A stretch of DNA of 64,000 nucleotides from Antedon mediterranea (Eukaryota > Animalia > Echinodermata), in NCBI RefSeq assembly GCF_964355755.1, contig NC_092670.1:19702795-19766794 (forward strand). The letters are read 5' to 3'. A program made the position numbers and the translations under genes. The notes beneath the pieces were generated by a model. The model saw only the letters and a list, made by a program, of their open reading frames with translations, was not told where the DNA came from and ran no database searches. Below, one piece after another: positions 43,101 to 56,600 of this stretch (position 1 is the stretch's first letter; each line of letters starts with the position of its first letter).

Positions 43101-46100
43101 ACCAGACATGATCAAAACAGAATTTGAAATCAATTTCATAATAATATAAATTAACATAAATTTATGAATTTTAAACATAAATTTAGCATCATTATGTACA
43201 CTGGATTGCAATTTAGACAGTCAACTAGACACAGTTATTTTATTAAAAATGTTCAGCATTTTCTGATATTAGGATTTTGTGTTAATTGAAATAACTTTAC
43301 ATTACTGTTTGTTTTATTTAAAAAATAAATTTCTTATTGTTGATTTGATTGATTGAATAATTTAATTAATTTTTTTAATTTAATAAGCCTTAGTACGTCA
43401 ACCCTTTCATTTAAAAAAAAAAGTAACTGAAAAGTTTGAGGGTGGGGTGAAGGTGGGGAAAATAAATAAAAATAAAATTTGCATAAAATAAATTCATGCT
43501 TGGATTTAATTGGTCATCTAGTAATCCTGCTGCAAGATGCTAACCAATGGGAGATTTAAAGATCATTGATTGGCAGGTTTGAATTCAAACACATGCATCA
43601 TGCTCATTGCAGACGCATGCTTTAAAATCAAAATGCACTGATAATGCACAATCCAGGCTGGAGCAAAGAGCCTACCTTTGAGCCTCGTTCGTTGAAGATA
43701 ATTTCTACATCTAATATGGCACCAAATACCTAAAAAATATGATAAATAACAACATAAACAGTTACTTGAAAAATTAAGCTTGGTGAATAGAATTTCAAGA
43801 AACTTTATTTTCGTTATCTCACCTCTGTCAAAATCACTGTAAGAGTAGGATTTGCATCGGAAATAGAAAATGCTGCTAAATTAGATAGCAAGAATACTTA
43901 TACTAAATCCATGTTAATACATGACTAGCACGGTACTCACCCCAAACATTTGTCGTAAATCTGGATCTCGGAATCTGAACGGGATATTTGATACGTGTAA
44001 ACGTTTAGGTATTTCTCCCGGTTTCGTTCCGGGAATAGTTTGTGTTGCTTGCCCTGCTTCCGTGGCTAAGGGCGCTTGTGACGTTGATACACTACCATCG
44101 CTATTCTGTAAAAGAACATATGTAGCAAACATTTACAAACCACAATTTAGAGTTATATAAAAGAAATCTACAAATACAGCAACATTTGCGACATAACTCA
44201 ATTCTTGAAAATTGCTTTAAAACTCAAACTTTTCATAAATGGTTAAAGTGATCAAATGGATTTGAATTAAATGTATTTTATGTCAAACTAAATGTATTGC
44301 TTTAAAATTAAAAACAAGAAACAATTTTTATTAGATAATTGAGAGATAAAGAATGACAAATTAAATATTGCATTGCAAAGTTAAGAAGTTAAATTTTATA
44401 GCTAGAACACAAATCGGTAATTACCAAGAAATGTGACATTTTTTATTGAACGTTTAGAAAGATTGCATAGTATATTACACTATAATCTACACTACAGTTG
44501 CTGCAGTAATTCAGTTGCTGCAGTAATCAGTTGCAGTAAGTATATTTTCAGGTAAACTTTAACAGCTAGATTCAAAAGGATAGGAATCAAAAGTGGATTC
44601 TGATATGATTATACTGTAATGATACTATAGAAATAATGATGATGATGATGCTGAAGATTATGACATGATGCATAATAAATAGAAAGATGTGTGATGATGA
44701 TGATGTCGTTTATGGCAATGAAAAGTGTGGAAAATGATGGATATATCTTTCTTATGACAATTTTTCACAAACTTACTGACATAATCTTCTTGAGGGAATT
44801 TTTAAATTATGATTCAAAAATAAGATTTATGATTGCATGTCATCCAATATCATTGCCAATATGCACCACATAAGTAATTTTCCTTAATTCCACATAAGTC
44901 ATTAAAAAGTAGGACTTCGTAAAATTGCCAAATAATGATTTGCTACAGAGTAACGCCAGCTATAACACATCATACACACACTACAGTCTTTAGGGAATAT
45001 GATTATTGTTATATTTTCTATTGTAAATTTGCGATGATAGTACATTCTTCATCATTCCTCATTATTGGAAACATTAGTCAACTACAATGTAATGTTACAC
45101 AACATCAAACAGACTAGCAAGTCTACACCTTCAATATAATTAATACGCGAAAAATGAGGCCATTACGTATAGTTGTATGCATTTTTTCTTATGCATGGTA
45201 AGTATGACATTATCTTCAAATGGATTTGCTAAGCAAGAGTAAGATAACACCTTTCGTTAATTCCTTTTTGATTAGAATTGTAGAGGAAATGTGGGAAAAG
45301 AATAGAGTTTATAAGAAGAAAAGTGACATACTTTATTATGTAAAATGTAACTATAAAAGACTTGACAGGATCTACCTTCAAAGAACAGACTTATAGTAGG
45401 CATACTGTAGGTTATGAAAATACTTCAGGAGAAAGGAAAAGTGTGCTATAGAATAAAGTAGGCTTACGGTACAGTAGAGTACTGTACAACAAACTTAAAG
45501 ACACCTTCCCTACGTTTTTTAGATCTAATTTAAGATCACAAACTATATTTAATGTAAAAATAATACTATATGGTCCTATTGCGATAACTTTTTTTGTCTT
45601 TAAATGGTTAAAAATGGGAAAAATAAGTCGATTCTAATAATTATAGCGGCCCGCTATAAATCCCAAAATGCATTGCGCGCAGATTGATATTTTTGTTTTT
45701 CTTCTGTAATTCACCCACTTTTCGATCGATCGTGAGGCCAAAACAAATGGAAGACTCCTAACTTTTCAGCGAAAATACCGGGTTTTCCCCAATTTGTATC
45801 AACGGAGTATGGAAAAAATAGAAAGACAATTAATGCAGCAACTATACAACGTCAGGCTAGGTATATAGCTAGCGTACGATGTTCGTACGTTAACGATGTT
45901 TACCAGCTAGGCCTACAAAACTAAGGGCGCGTTTATACAACACGCTATTACACGCATATTCTACACGCCTACGAGAAGTGTGTTGTATAACAACAAAGAG
46001 ATTCCGTGTAATGAGATTTTAATTGCAAAAAAGGCTACTTGGCTGAATCCTAAAATTTGGTGGATTCCCGGTCGCCGTTACCGTGTTGGAAGTGTCCTCA

Positions 46101-49100
46101 GGGTATATTTTGACCTCTCGTTAAAACAGGTCGTAATATCAATCATGTCATGCGACGTTGCTAACAAGATTGGGCCCATTTATTGCTGCTTCGCTGCCAG
46201 CAATCATCCTCCTACCACGTCTTACGCCTAGCCTAGTGGTGGGGGCCAACTCGTAGTGGTAGTAGGCCTCTATCATTTCCCACTCCAAACAGAATAAAAA
46301 ATAACATCGCAAAAATGGCATCTTCTTCCATATTGTAGCCTATAGATGAAACAATGAAACCCTTAAAATAACTTTTATTAATTTAAATGAACCGAGAACA
46401 AAATAAACACAATGCAAACGTGAACGAAGACAATAATAAAAATGGTAAAAACTGCGCGAATACATCGGACAGCGAGGAGGCGACGATGATTGTTGACAAC
46501 TCCGCTAATTCAAGTGATCAACGATTTGACCTTTTATCCTAGCATGCACTGCGTGTTGATGAAACTTCCGGTACAACACGGTATCGTGATTTCTAGTATA
46601 ACAGCAAACGTTAAGGTGGGTTGACCTCGGTCCGAACAACACGCTAAAAATTAAAGCCGTGTTCAAATTTAGAGTGTTGTATAAACACGACCTAAGCCTA
46701 CTAGGCTAGGCCTAAAGGCCGTCCACGAGAGGTCATTCACCGCAAGCTACTTAGGTAGTGCATTGTTTCTCCCTTTTTATCATAATTTACCATAAAACGT
46801 ACATTTTAGACGAAGGAATGACCTGGTTTAATGTTTTTAAAGTAATATATATCATATGTATTATTTTTACAAAACGTCACAAATTGTAGGGAAGGTGTCT
46901 TTAAGACATGCTCCAACCATTATCAAACCTACATAACTACTGTGCATGCTATGCACACATTTCCAGAACTAACTTATCTACAATACTATACTGTAATATA
47001 ACTATATACATACTAATCTATTGATAAAGATTATACTCTATCTAAAGACACTACCAAATTAAGTAAGTCAACACTAGAAGACCATGTTTATTTGGTTATA
47101 AGAATGCAAAGAATCTAAGCCTTGCATAATAAATCGTTTTTAACTGGAAACTTCATGTCTGCACAACAAGCACTAAACCTTTAGCCAGACATCAGAGGCA
47201 AAATGCCTACCGTAATGGTCATACAGTAGTGGAAAAAAAACATTACTTTTAATAAATTATACTGCAACATATGCTTGTATAAATTAAAAAGGGCCTGACA
47301 ATCTGTTACACTCCAGCCTGCTACCAACACTTACAAGAAAGGTCAAATGACATAACCTTTATTTACGCAATACAGAGTAATCTAATAAATAATAATATAA
47401 TAATAAATTGGTAGAATATTTACACTAAAAAGATTGAATTACAGTAAAAATGCTTCACAGAAATGTGAAAAGTATGGATTTTGTTGAAGAGCATCATTTA
47501 AGTTCAAACGAGAAAGCCAGAGCTTACTGATAGCAATTGTTTTAATTACATAGAATCGTTAATGAGTGTAGCATGTGACATGATACATATGAGTCATATC
47601 AAGAAATCTGCAAGTACTGTAGGTTAAAAAATAAACATTTCTTGATTGTAACAAGAAAGATAATTGATGCAAGAAAAGGATTACAAAAATAAGAAATAAA
47701 TCAAAAATACAAATTAGTAAAAATAGTGTCATCAGTATCCTCATATGAAATGACAATGTTTATAAATAATTGACAAATTTCCATTTTTATGTAATTAATC
47801 ATAATTTTCTAACAGATCCATATAAATTGATGAATGATGATGAATTCAGAGAAAAGGTTGACTTTAACATATAACATGAAAATAACTGCACGGCCATATG
47901 AGTGAAAATGAAAGGGCTATAAAAAAGAGTGATACACAGTTTACTAGTAGAAAATAAGTGAAGGAAATCTGTGAGAATGAGAAAAAGCTGACCCAACCAA
48001 GATTCAAAGCCGAATTCTTCTGCAAAATATTTATAATTCTGAGAATTAATCAATCAACTAATCAATAGTTATTTATTTAACTTACAGTTAAGTCATTCAG
48101 AAAAAACACTAAACAAGAGCAGAGCAGCTACTGTATCTGTGTTGCACTAAATACTATCACAGGCATTCATAATTTAAGAACGATACATGATTATTATTAA
48201 CATAAAATTATGAAACAGAAAAGTATGACACTTTATATCTAGGCCTATTTCAACTTACCGTGATTGGTATTGATAATCCTGGTTGTGTTGTTTGTTCGGT
48301 ACCGGTAGGCTGTGTTTGTACAAAAGTAGTGCCATCTGCGGCCGTGCCAGGAGGGAAGCCTGCTACTGTTACTCCATCTTGTGTTGGAGGTGGCTGTGTG
48401 TAACTCGTTGCCTGATCTGTCTGTGCCTGGGCTACAGATGTAGGTACATACGGTGTTTGCACTTGAGGTTGTTGGTAGGCCTCTAAGCCATTTTGTGGTG
48501 GGAATGCCTGTGCTTGGTAGGCTGCAGCCAGCTGAGGCTGTCCGGCCATCTGCATAGGATGCTGAAGAAAAAAAACAAAGAAATAATTCTATTAGATTAT
48601 ATATAAAATATACTAGTATATTGAGGAAACACAGCCTGTAAGCACAAAACCAAGTTTTATTTTCCAAGTGTTGGTTTGAGGCCATACGCGCAGATATTAA
48701 TGCAAAATTGCGGAAATGATACCATTAAAACTCCCAAGACACTACTGAAATTCGAACAACTGACACAACACGTTGAAACCGTCCGATCTTGCTGACGGTA
48801 GTTTGATTCGTAAAAAGCGTTACACATTCAAGACCTAGGTGATTACATCCCGCATGGATTAAATCGTCATCTTACCGAAAAAGCCTGTATAAATCCTTTT
48901 AGGAGAATGTATGTAATGCGAGTTATGACAGATTATAATAAGATGTTTCTTCAGCAAATGTTAGGTCAGATAATAGCTTCTACCTTTCAGGACAACTTGC
49001 AGCATTTATAGATACTGCACAGACAAACGCTGATTTTAGAGTGCATATAGGCGACAGATTTGACGACTCGTGTGTAGAATTTTCAGTGTTATTAGATATT

Positions 49101-52100
49101 TATCTGAATTTTTACTTCTCTAGTCTTTGTCTCTGTGTTTAACAGAAGTCATTATACGCATGAGCGACTCTCGTCTGTTTTTGCTGGTACTGTAAGTGGA
49201 ATCTCCCATGCAAATCAGAATAATATAAAGCCGTAATAAACACATTTCAAATACCGACAATACTGTTTGATGAATGATGACTAAAATTTTACAAAGTTAC
49301 TAAAAATTGTGACAATAAAATTTAAATAACAAAGAACAGCAGCAATAAAACCACTAAATATATAATTCTGATTCAAAAATAATTGTTCTCGTAATTTAGG
49401 TTGTAAAACTAAATATTCTATAAAATTATTAATTATGAAATTTAAACTAAAATAGAGTAATCAAAACAATTAATATGAACTAGAATATTGTCATTATTAA
49501 TATGATAGTTGTCTATACAGTACTGTATATAACATGTCACCGACCAATCAAAAATCCTTTCTTCATTTATTTGATATTAAAACAAACAAATTATTATATT
49601 GTTATGTAAAACAACTGGCAATATAGGAATTTTTGTCAATAATACTGTACAAACAACTTATTGGATTCAGCTTCAAAAACCATGCCCATTTCAATACAGA
49701 TTATCTACCCACTTTGCTAGGCCCAAGCTAATGAGTTGCACAGCAGACATTTGACTACAATTAATGGGAAAGAACTCTCTAGGGTCCCAGCGTGATGATT
49801 AGGTTTGATAACACATCTATGAAAATTCTAAAGCTGACTTCGTATGAAGCAGACCCATGCTTCTGATGAGATTGAAGATCACTTCTCTCTATCTACTGAA
49901 TGCAGTATTACTTGAGTGACCTCCAACCTCTCAAGGACACGATCTATGGCTGATTAACATAATAACAACTACACATGTTTGGCAACAGCCAAATATATCA
50001 GCATATTATGAAAGACTAGAGTATGGTAATCTAAAATACATGTAAATGCAGTATTATACAATCTAATTTTGCATAAACTAAATAAACTATCAGTACTAAT
50101 ATTTATTTTTTTTTAATCTATTTACATAGGCCTTTATAAACAATTTACTTAAATACAAATATTTTGAAATTGAAGTATGTATATCAACATATTATTTATT
50201 AATTGAAATACTAAAAAACATAATATTATTTTTGCTATTGGTAATTAAATGTTCAATGAAAGTAAACAGTACACCAGCAACAAATATTTCATTCTACAGA
50301 AGAAAGAAATGCAGACTTTAAATTAAGAAATTAAATTAAATTTTAAAAGAATTAAAATTTATTTTTTAAAGATCTACCCGATAAAACAACCATTGAAACA
50401 ACTGGCGTTCAATATTTGACAAATTGCATTGTTTACAGTATCCAGAGTTTTAGAAAAGCAACGAAATCTACTTGCATCGAGTGAGGGAGACAGCGTCTCA
50501 TAATCGCCTTATTATGCACTATTTTATGGTCGAACATAACCGACACTTAAATCTAACCGTTTGTAAGACGGTGCCGTAATTGTTCTCCGAGGCACTCAAC
50601 TTGCGTCATTCAATTTAATTTTCTATTCTTGTGATCTTGATTGTAAATGGTGTACTTAAAAACTTTTTGCAAAACACTTTCTTGTAACTTTAATTTTAGA
50701 ATCCTTTACTAACTTGGCCAGGGATTGTGGACAAGGCATCCAATATATGTGAGCATCCCATAATACTAGTTAAAAGAAAATCAAACCACTAACTAAACAT
50801 CTAAGTCTAAAATTAATTCCACGGTGCTTTCTCAGTGTTTGTTGGCTAATAATTCCTGTATATATTTATATTTTCAAAAAGTTCAAAATGTATCCAACAA
50901 TTTTTAGTGACATCACCTTAATAAATAACATGATGTACTATAGAGAAAATGTTGATTACAATCTAATTTGTTCTGAACAAATACTTGAGGTCACACATCT
51001 GGCAAAAATTATTTAGGATTTTTTTAAAGATTAATCTAATTCCAAGTAAAACCTAATCTTATTACATGGCAATTAAATATAAAATATTTTCAAACAAAAA
51101 CTCGGCAATACCATAGGTCTATTTATTATGTTTAGAGCTGCTGTGTTATACCAACCTTTTTCACATTTATTTATTTTTAATTTAATTAAGAGTAGATTTA
51201 AGTATGCAGTGTGCATAAATTGATCAATGTATATCATGGAACTCACTGTATGCCACAATAAAAAATACTAAATTGGTAAAAATAATCTAATTTTACATAC
51301 CTTTCTTAAGATATTCATCTTAATGGAAAACAAGATCGCAGTCCACTAACTGGATCGCTTTAATAAACTCAATGATTTAAATTTTGGCTACAGCAAATGT
51401 TATTTTGCAGTTAGAACTAGTCAAAACTTGAAAAGTCAGTCACTCTATTCAAAATAAATGTACTGTTTATCGCCAAGCAGCATGGTTGAAAAAAGTTGAT
51501 GTAAAAATTACTGGTAGTAAATTCTGTCATTCAAAATAAGCTCTTTGTCTTGTTATGAATATTCAAATATTATGAATATTCATTACATGGTAAACTGATA
51601 ATTGGATGATATGAGAACAGTTAAAAAATGCTATTCTCCTAGGACTTAAAAACAGCTATTCCATTTTAAATGGACCAGGATTAAGCAAATATTGCTTTCA
51701 AAAATCAGAGTAAGCTACTGTGGATATCTGGTGTATCTATCATAAGCGAGAACATAATTCATCGAGTTAGAATATAATGCATTATTATGCGTTAACTTTA
51801 AGCTTATAATCTCAAAAGCATGACACACTGCTGTTCTAGTTGCGCTTGAATGTTTTTATACATTGTGCATTATTCATTGAAGTATGGAAACATGTGGTTG
51901 ATTATACTGTATACACTTCAAAAATATAAAACAACTCATACTAGGTAATGAGATTGAAAGAGGTAGTGAACAATTTGGAAAATGAAACTAATATAACTAC
52001 TACTACTAATGTAACATTTAATTTTTAAATAAAACCAGGGTGATTCCAAATAAAGATACATGTATGTGAACTGCCGCTCTTTTATCTGAAACTAGGAGGT

Positions 52101-53672
52101 GATTTCTGTAATGATATTCAATACAAACCAATAGTAATTAATAAGTTTACAACAACAGTGAGAGTAATAATATAGACCTACAGTAATAATATTGACTTGT
52201 TACCCAATCTGAAACCAGAATTGGTACAACATTGCAATGCAATTTAAGGAGTGAAATTAAATTGTTTTGTTGATGTTCATTTAATTATTAATATTCTGGT
52301 TCTAAAATACTTTTACAGGAGTTCCTACTGTGCAATAATTGTTTTTCCAGATGCTGGGCTGGGCTGGCAGGTGGAAAAGACCAGTGAAAAGTAGAAACTA
52401 TGCCTTAGAAATAGAACAATAGCTTTGTTTAATTTGTTGGTAGTGGAAACACCTTTAGCTTTTTGTCTTTGTCTATTGTTTAATTGTTTATTTGTAATTA
52501 GCCTATCCCATCCCATTGAAATACAACTCTACAAATACCAGACACCCTTGAGCTGGCCTAATAATAATTATGTCTGGTTTTCTGGAAAGTCTGATATTCT
52601 AAATGTGTTTCTAATGGTTAAAACAAGAATTTTGGACCTCAAGAACAGTTTTTTTTGGGAGATTTTCTAGCAACTCCAGTATTGGAAGAGTAACTGTATG
52701 ATTTATATACCATACTGTAATACTGTACTTTTAAACATAAGATACCAAATAAAAAAATATGTATGTAAAAAATAATAACAATCAGCATACATTATTACAA
52801 TCAGTTATCATAGGAAAGAACAATATAATAAATAAGGTTATGCTAATGTTCTAAATGTGAAGTCAATTAAGTCAGTTCCTTTGTTTTAATGGCACCATAA
52901 GCGAGTTCAACACACTTCAAGTCAACCGAATAGCGATTCATAAAGCATAGATCCTTAAAAAAAAAGTTTAGTCGCAAAATATTTACAATTTTGAGTCGGT
53001 TGGCGCATGAGTGTTTATAGTCTTAATATTGATTCAGAATTGAAATACTCATTCTCAAGTTAAACAATCTTTCCAATTATAATATTGTTTAAGTTTAATT
53101 AGTTTACAAAAAGGCAATGGACTTCACTTAACTGTGTGAGATTATTGTAGCTACTAGTAGTGAATAGCAAGACATGTGGGGATTGCAAGCAAATTCTGTG
53201 CTAAGTCATGAACATTTATTTTACCTAATAAATCAAAAACAAGAGGTCATAGGTCAGAATAAAATGTATTTCCTGGCAGTTCCTTATAGGCTTATTTGTA
53301 AAATTTTCAGCAAAAACTTAATACAATATTGTAACAAACTGTAAATGTAATTTAAAAAAAGAAAAATGATTTAGCTCAAAACCTTGTGATATTCTCTCAA
53401 TTTTAAATGTTAGAAGGATCCTTAAAATAATCATTAAAATTCTATTTATTTGCAAATAAATATTCCTTCTATCTTACCAGTGATTGTTGTTTACCGGAAA
53501 CTTGTAAAATTGTCCCATTTTGCGGATAAGACGAGCAATAAACATATTGAGATGGACTCAACTGTGATTGGACGGACGCCTGAACAGACGCCTGCATCGG
53601 CGTTGAGTATTGCGCCATCGCATGAACAGGACTTTGCATCTGGGACATTGCTAATCCACCACTAATCATCAT
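31071..53672 (-). CDS. RBFOX: RNA-binding Fox-1 homolog (Rbfox), 9 coding exons, ~407 aa (gene span)
   Basis: Exons 53478-53672, 48259-48561, 43941-44105, 43676-43729, 39049-39141, 35489-35558, 35035-35195, 33146-33283, 31071-31115. The [25 protein letters not shown]|[18 protein letters not shown]|GFGFVTF...GRKIE|[12 protein letters not shown] is near-identical to Fox-1 proteins. Ala/Tyr-rich C-terminus with [11 protein letters not shown], ending [11 protein letters not shown]. The first exon is less certain. Confidence 0.93.
33146..33283 (-). CDS. RBFOX: Rbfox exon ([18 protein letters not shown]...[16 protein letters not shown])
   Basis: ttttacag / GTAAGA; conserved ADPYHH. Confidence 0.88.
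34623..34784. mobile_element. PIF/Harbinger MITE, left-truncated copy
   Basis: Family interior (AATGTGATGTG.CCATATATGGACATG; expanded ATATCACTACCATATTT repeats) and right TIR GTGTAGACCGAGCT. Confidence 0.72.
35035..35195 (-). CDS. RBFOX: Rbfox exon ([19 protein letters not shown]...DRYQ)
   Basis: GRGR and PPPP motifs as in the Fox-1 C-terminal domain; aatag / GTATGT. Confidence 0.88.
35316..35452. mobile_element. Tc1/pogo-like MITE (CAGTAAAACCTCTATTAA family)
   Basis: Shares CCCTTAATAGGGGTGT and TTTCACAGGAAA with copies at ~1128-1250, ~8043-8540 and ~18650-18718. Confidence 0.55.
35489..35558 (-). CDS. RBFOX: Rbfox exon ([23 protein letters not shown])
   Basis: tgacag / GTAGGT; ends in phase 1. 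Confidence 0.9.
39042..39197 (-). promoter_or_regulatory. Cluster of four UGCAUG Rbfox-binding elements around the 93-nt RRM exon
   Basis: Minus-strand TGCATG at 39197-39192, 39175-39170, 39150-39145 (abutting the acceptor CAG) and 39047-39042 (inside the donor GTGCATG). Confidence 0.85.
39049..39141 (-). CDS. RBFOX: Rbfox 93-nt RRM exon with RNP1 ([31 protein letters not shown])
   Basis: Acceptor TGCATGCAG|, donor |GTGCATG. Confidence 0.95.
43676..43729 (-). CDS. RBFOX: Rbfox 54-nt RRM exon ([18 protein letters not shown])
   Basis: ttttag / GTAGGC. Confidence 0.95.
43941..44105 (-). CDS. RBFOX: Rbfox exon, RRM start with RNP2 ([22 protein letters not shown])
   Basis: tacag / GTGAGT. Confidence 0.95.
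45499..46900. mobile_element. Non-autonomous Kolobok-like DNA transposon
   Basis: 15-bp perfect TIR AGACACCTTCCCTAC / GTAGGGAAGGTGTCT with TTAA on both flanks; AG..CT termini. Confidence 0.75.
45925..46692 (-). mobile_element. PIF/Harbinger deletion derivative nested in the Kolobok-like element
   Basis: 19-bp TIR GGGCGCGTTTATACAACAC vs GGTCGTGTTTATACAACAC; TAA TSD; decayed minus-strand KWAQSC*QRR..YYDLF*REV resembling a Harbinger transposase N-terminus. Confidence 0.7.
48259..48561 (-). CDS. RBFOX: Rbfox exon ([25 protein letters not shown]...IPIT)
   Basis: Contains the Rbfox N-terminal FPPQNG motif; ttcttcag / GTAAGT. Confidence 0.9.
53478..53672 (-). CDS. RBFOX: Rbfox probable first coding exon ([13 protein letters not shown]...KQQSL)
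   Basis: Q/S/P-rich ORF; phase-0 donor CTG|GTAAGA matches the next exon. Confidence 0.65.
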
Positions 53673-56600
53673 GTTGATGCCTTTCAAAAAGAATGTGTCA
53701 ATGTCCAGCAGTAATAATTAAATGTTGATACTAAAAATCCTGATTCAAATTCACTCCTTCAAAAATTAAAATAATGCTACCTCAGTCATCTCCAAAATAC
53801 AACTGAAGTTAAAAGCATTCAACATAAACAACTTGTATCCTCAAGTACAAATAGTGATAGCCATAGAAGAATTGGTCTATTGATAAAAATTCATCAAGCG
53901 TTCAGTCAAAGCTTATTGTTTATAACTATAAAATAACCAACCTGGAAACATCTTAAAGTTAAAGAAATAAAAGATCAAAATAAAGTTTGAAAATTCAACA
54001 ACTAAAACATCCAATTTGTAGAGAAACCAGTCCAGTTCTGTATCAAAATGTTCAGTGTATGTTTCCAAAAAATAACCCTGTCCTGTTATGTATTGTTTTC
54101 AGCTCGCTGACAAGAGACAAAGTGGGTCTGCTTGCTTGCCTTTGTTTCTGTTACATCTGATCATAGGCTACTTCCAACTGTCACCTAATTTGCATACCAA
54201 AAACCCAGTGGGGTTGATAATTACATCAAGCTGTTAACTCCTGTGATTGTACTCACGGTAAACGGTACTCACAGTCCACTGGTCTTCCTCCTAAGCTGGG
54301 CTGATTACACCCTGGATACCAACATAAGCTTAGTACCGAAGATGGCTAGCATATACAGTATACACAGATGGTTTGATCATTTCCTTCCTGGACCAACTTC
54401 CTTTACACTGAGCGCATGTATTGATTACTCTTCACCTCTTATCAAGTAATAGTGAAAAAACTATGTATAAAATCTCCAGGATAAAAAATAATTTACTTTA
54501 AACAATAAATATATTTTATTTTGATTACACAATGACGACATTATTCTATTTTCCTTCTATTCAAGAATAAAAACATTTGATAGGCCTAATACAATTCACT
54601 GCATACAAGATTTCTTTGCACAAAATTAACTAAAAAATGGAAACAAGATTCAGTAAAGTATCAGAAATTTGTCCGATATACCATCAACAAATTGTGTTAA
54701 TTTTGCTCAAAACCAATAACAATAAAATCCACCTGTTTTCTGTTCGCCTGACTAGCTAAAGTGAATTTATCGGGAAAAAAGTGTCCATAACAGGCATATT
54801 TGCCTAGAAACTATGTATATTAACTTGCAGAAAAACACCATCCAATCTCAAATAGCCCTGCCAGGCTGACTGATTCCATCATTAAATATTTGTGCACAGT
54901 ACAATGGTAATAAGATTAGGATTTTGAAAGCATGAAAATAATTTGATTTAAAACAAACTGCACTTAATACAGTAGCGTAATTTAACAGATAGAAACTTAC
55001 CAGTAGATAATAAAGACTTAGAAATGTGACAATTCAAGTTATTTATCAGTATCAATGGGTATTTAACATTATTGATTGGTATATTAATAAATAATCTAAA
55101 TTATATTAAGTATCACAATATTGTATCCCAAGACTTTATAGAAACATGGTATGGTGAACTTTAACCTATGAGTTCACTTTAAATGCAAGGGCCAGCAACC
55201 CTCTCCTAAAGTATTTCTACTGGATATCCACTGCTTATTGAAGGAGGTTGGAGTCACCCACCTTTTTTCCAAAGACACACCCATATAATATTGAACAGGG
55301 CTTGTTGTTACCCACTACGAATTCTGAGCACATTCTGAATGATCTATTACACAGGACTGTCAATCATAACATTCATTAATTCAAAGAGTTACTGTTAACA
55401 TATCATCTTTCCTTCTTAAAACCAGTCACTTTGCCTCAAATTTGGTATTTTTTATTCCGTTTCTCCACATGTTCTTCTTGTTCATAAAAACATAAAAACT
55501 TTCCATTTTTAATGTATTTTTTAAAAACTTTACCAAAACAAATTGCATTTCTTATGGGAGTTTTGTTATAGGAAGTTATAATAGAAATTTTCCTTCTACT
55601 GTAATATTTCAATATATAATTGATTAAATAGAAAAATGAAATATATAATTGTATTAATGAGATTTTGAAAAGAAATAATTACAGTTAATAAATACAGCTT
55701 CGAAAAAAATCACACGTCATCTGAGTGTGGAGAGATATTAGCGGCTTTTTAGACACCACTAGCTAGGCTCAAGAGCTTCCTTTGGCTAATGTGGAATGGG
55801 CATCAGGGACAGATGTGACTATCAATTGTCTGCTTTATGTAATTTTCAGACAATAATGATCTTGACTTAAGTCTGACCTATTTTTGATGTAACAACCATA
55901 CGCATTTTTGCTCATATTTATTTGAAACAACTGTATATCGTTAGTATTGGTATACATAAGAGGGAGAAATAGTTCCAACATATAATTCCATAATTGCACC
56001 AAGGAAGAATTATTTTTTCTGGCTGTTTTAGTTGATCATTTTGCTTATTTTATTTTTATCTCCATTGAGATGCAGCCACTGATACCCATATCATTGTCAT
56101 TGGTTCAGTTATTTGCTTTTCGATCAATATTATAATTTCCAATTTATTTTTATAAGATTACAGTATCTTAAAATCATCCTTCCTCAATGTTCAATTTTTA
56201 ATTAACAATCACTCAAAACATTGTAAATTCTAATTTATTTATAAGCCTTCACTGCTTTAATAACCATGATTATTATCATTATAATGAATGATTTTTTTTC
56301 AATATGGTTCAAATGCAATAAAAAGTAGATAAATCAAATACATATCAAGCAAAAAGGACAGGCAAGCAAAAAATAAATGCAACACTTCTTTGTGTTGTTT
56401 TTAACACAATAATTAAATCTCTCTTTTTCTCTTTGTCATTTATATGACTGATGTGATTGTATCCTCCTTGCTTACTTGACCTTTGCCCATCCCCAGTGGC
56501 ATAAGATGTTATAGAAGCTAACATTTACTTCACTTCACTAGTATTCTCTTATATTTTGGCCTAGCCTATGGCAATAATTCATAGAAATCGGATATCAACT

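Noticed and set aside
48245-48685. 146-aa ORF overlapping the Rbfox exon
   Set aside because: Alternative frame that starts in intronic pyrimidine-rich sequence; the Q/P-rich frame fits the splice phases and Rbfox homology.
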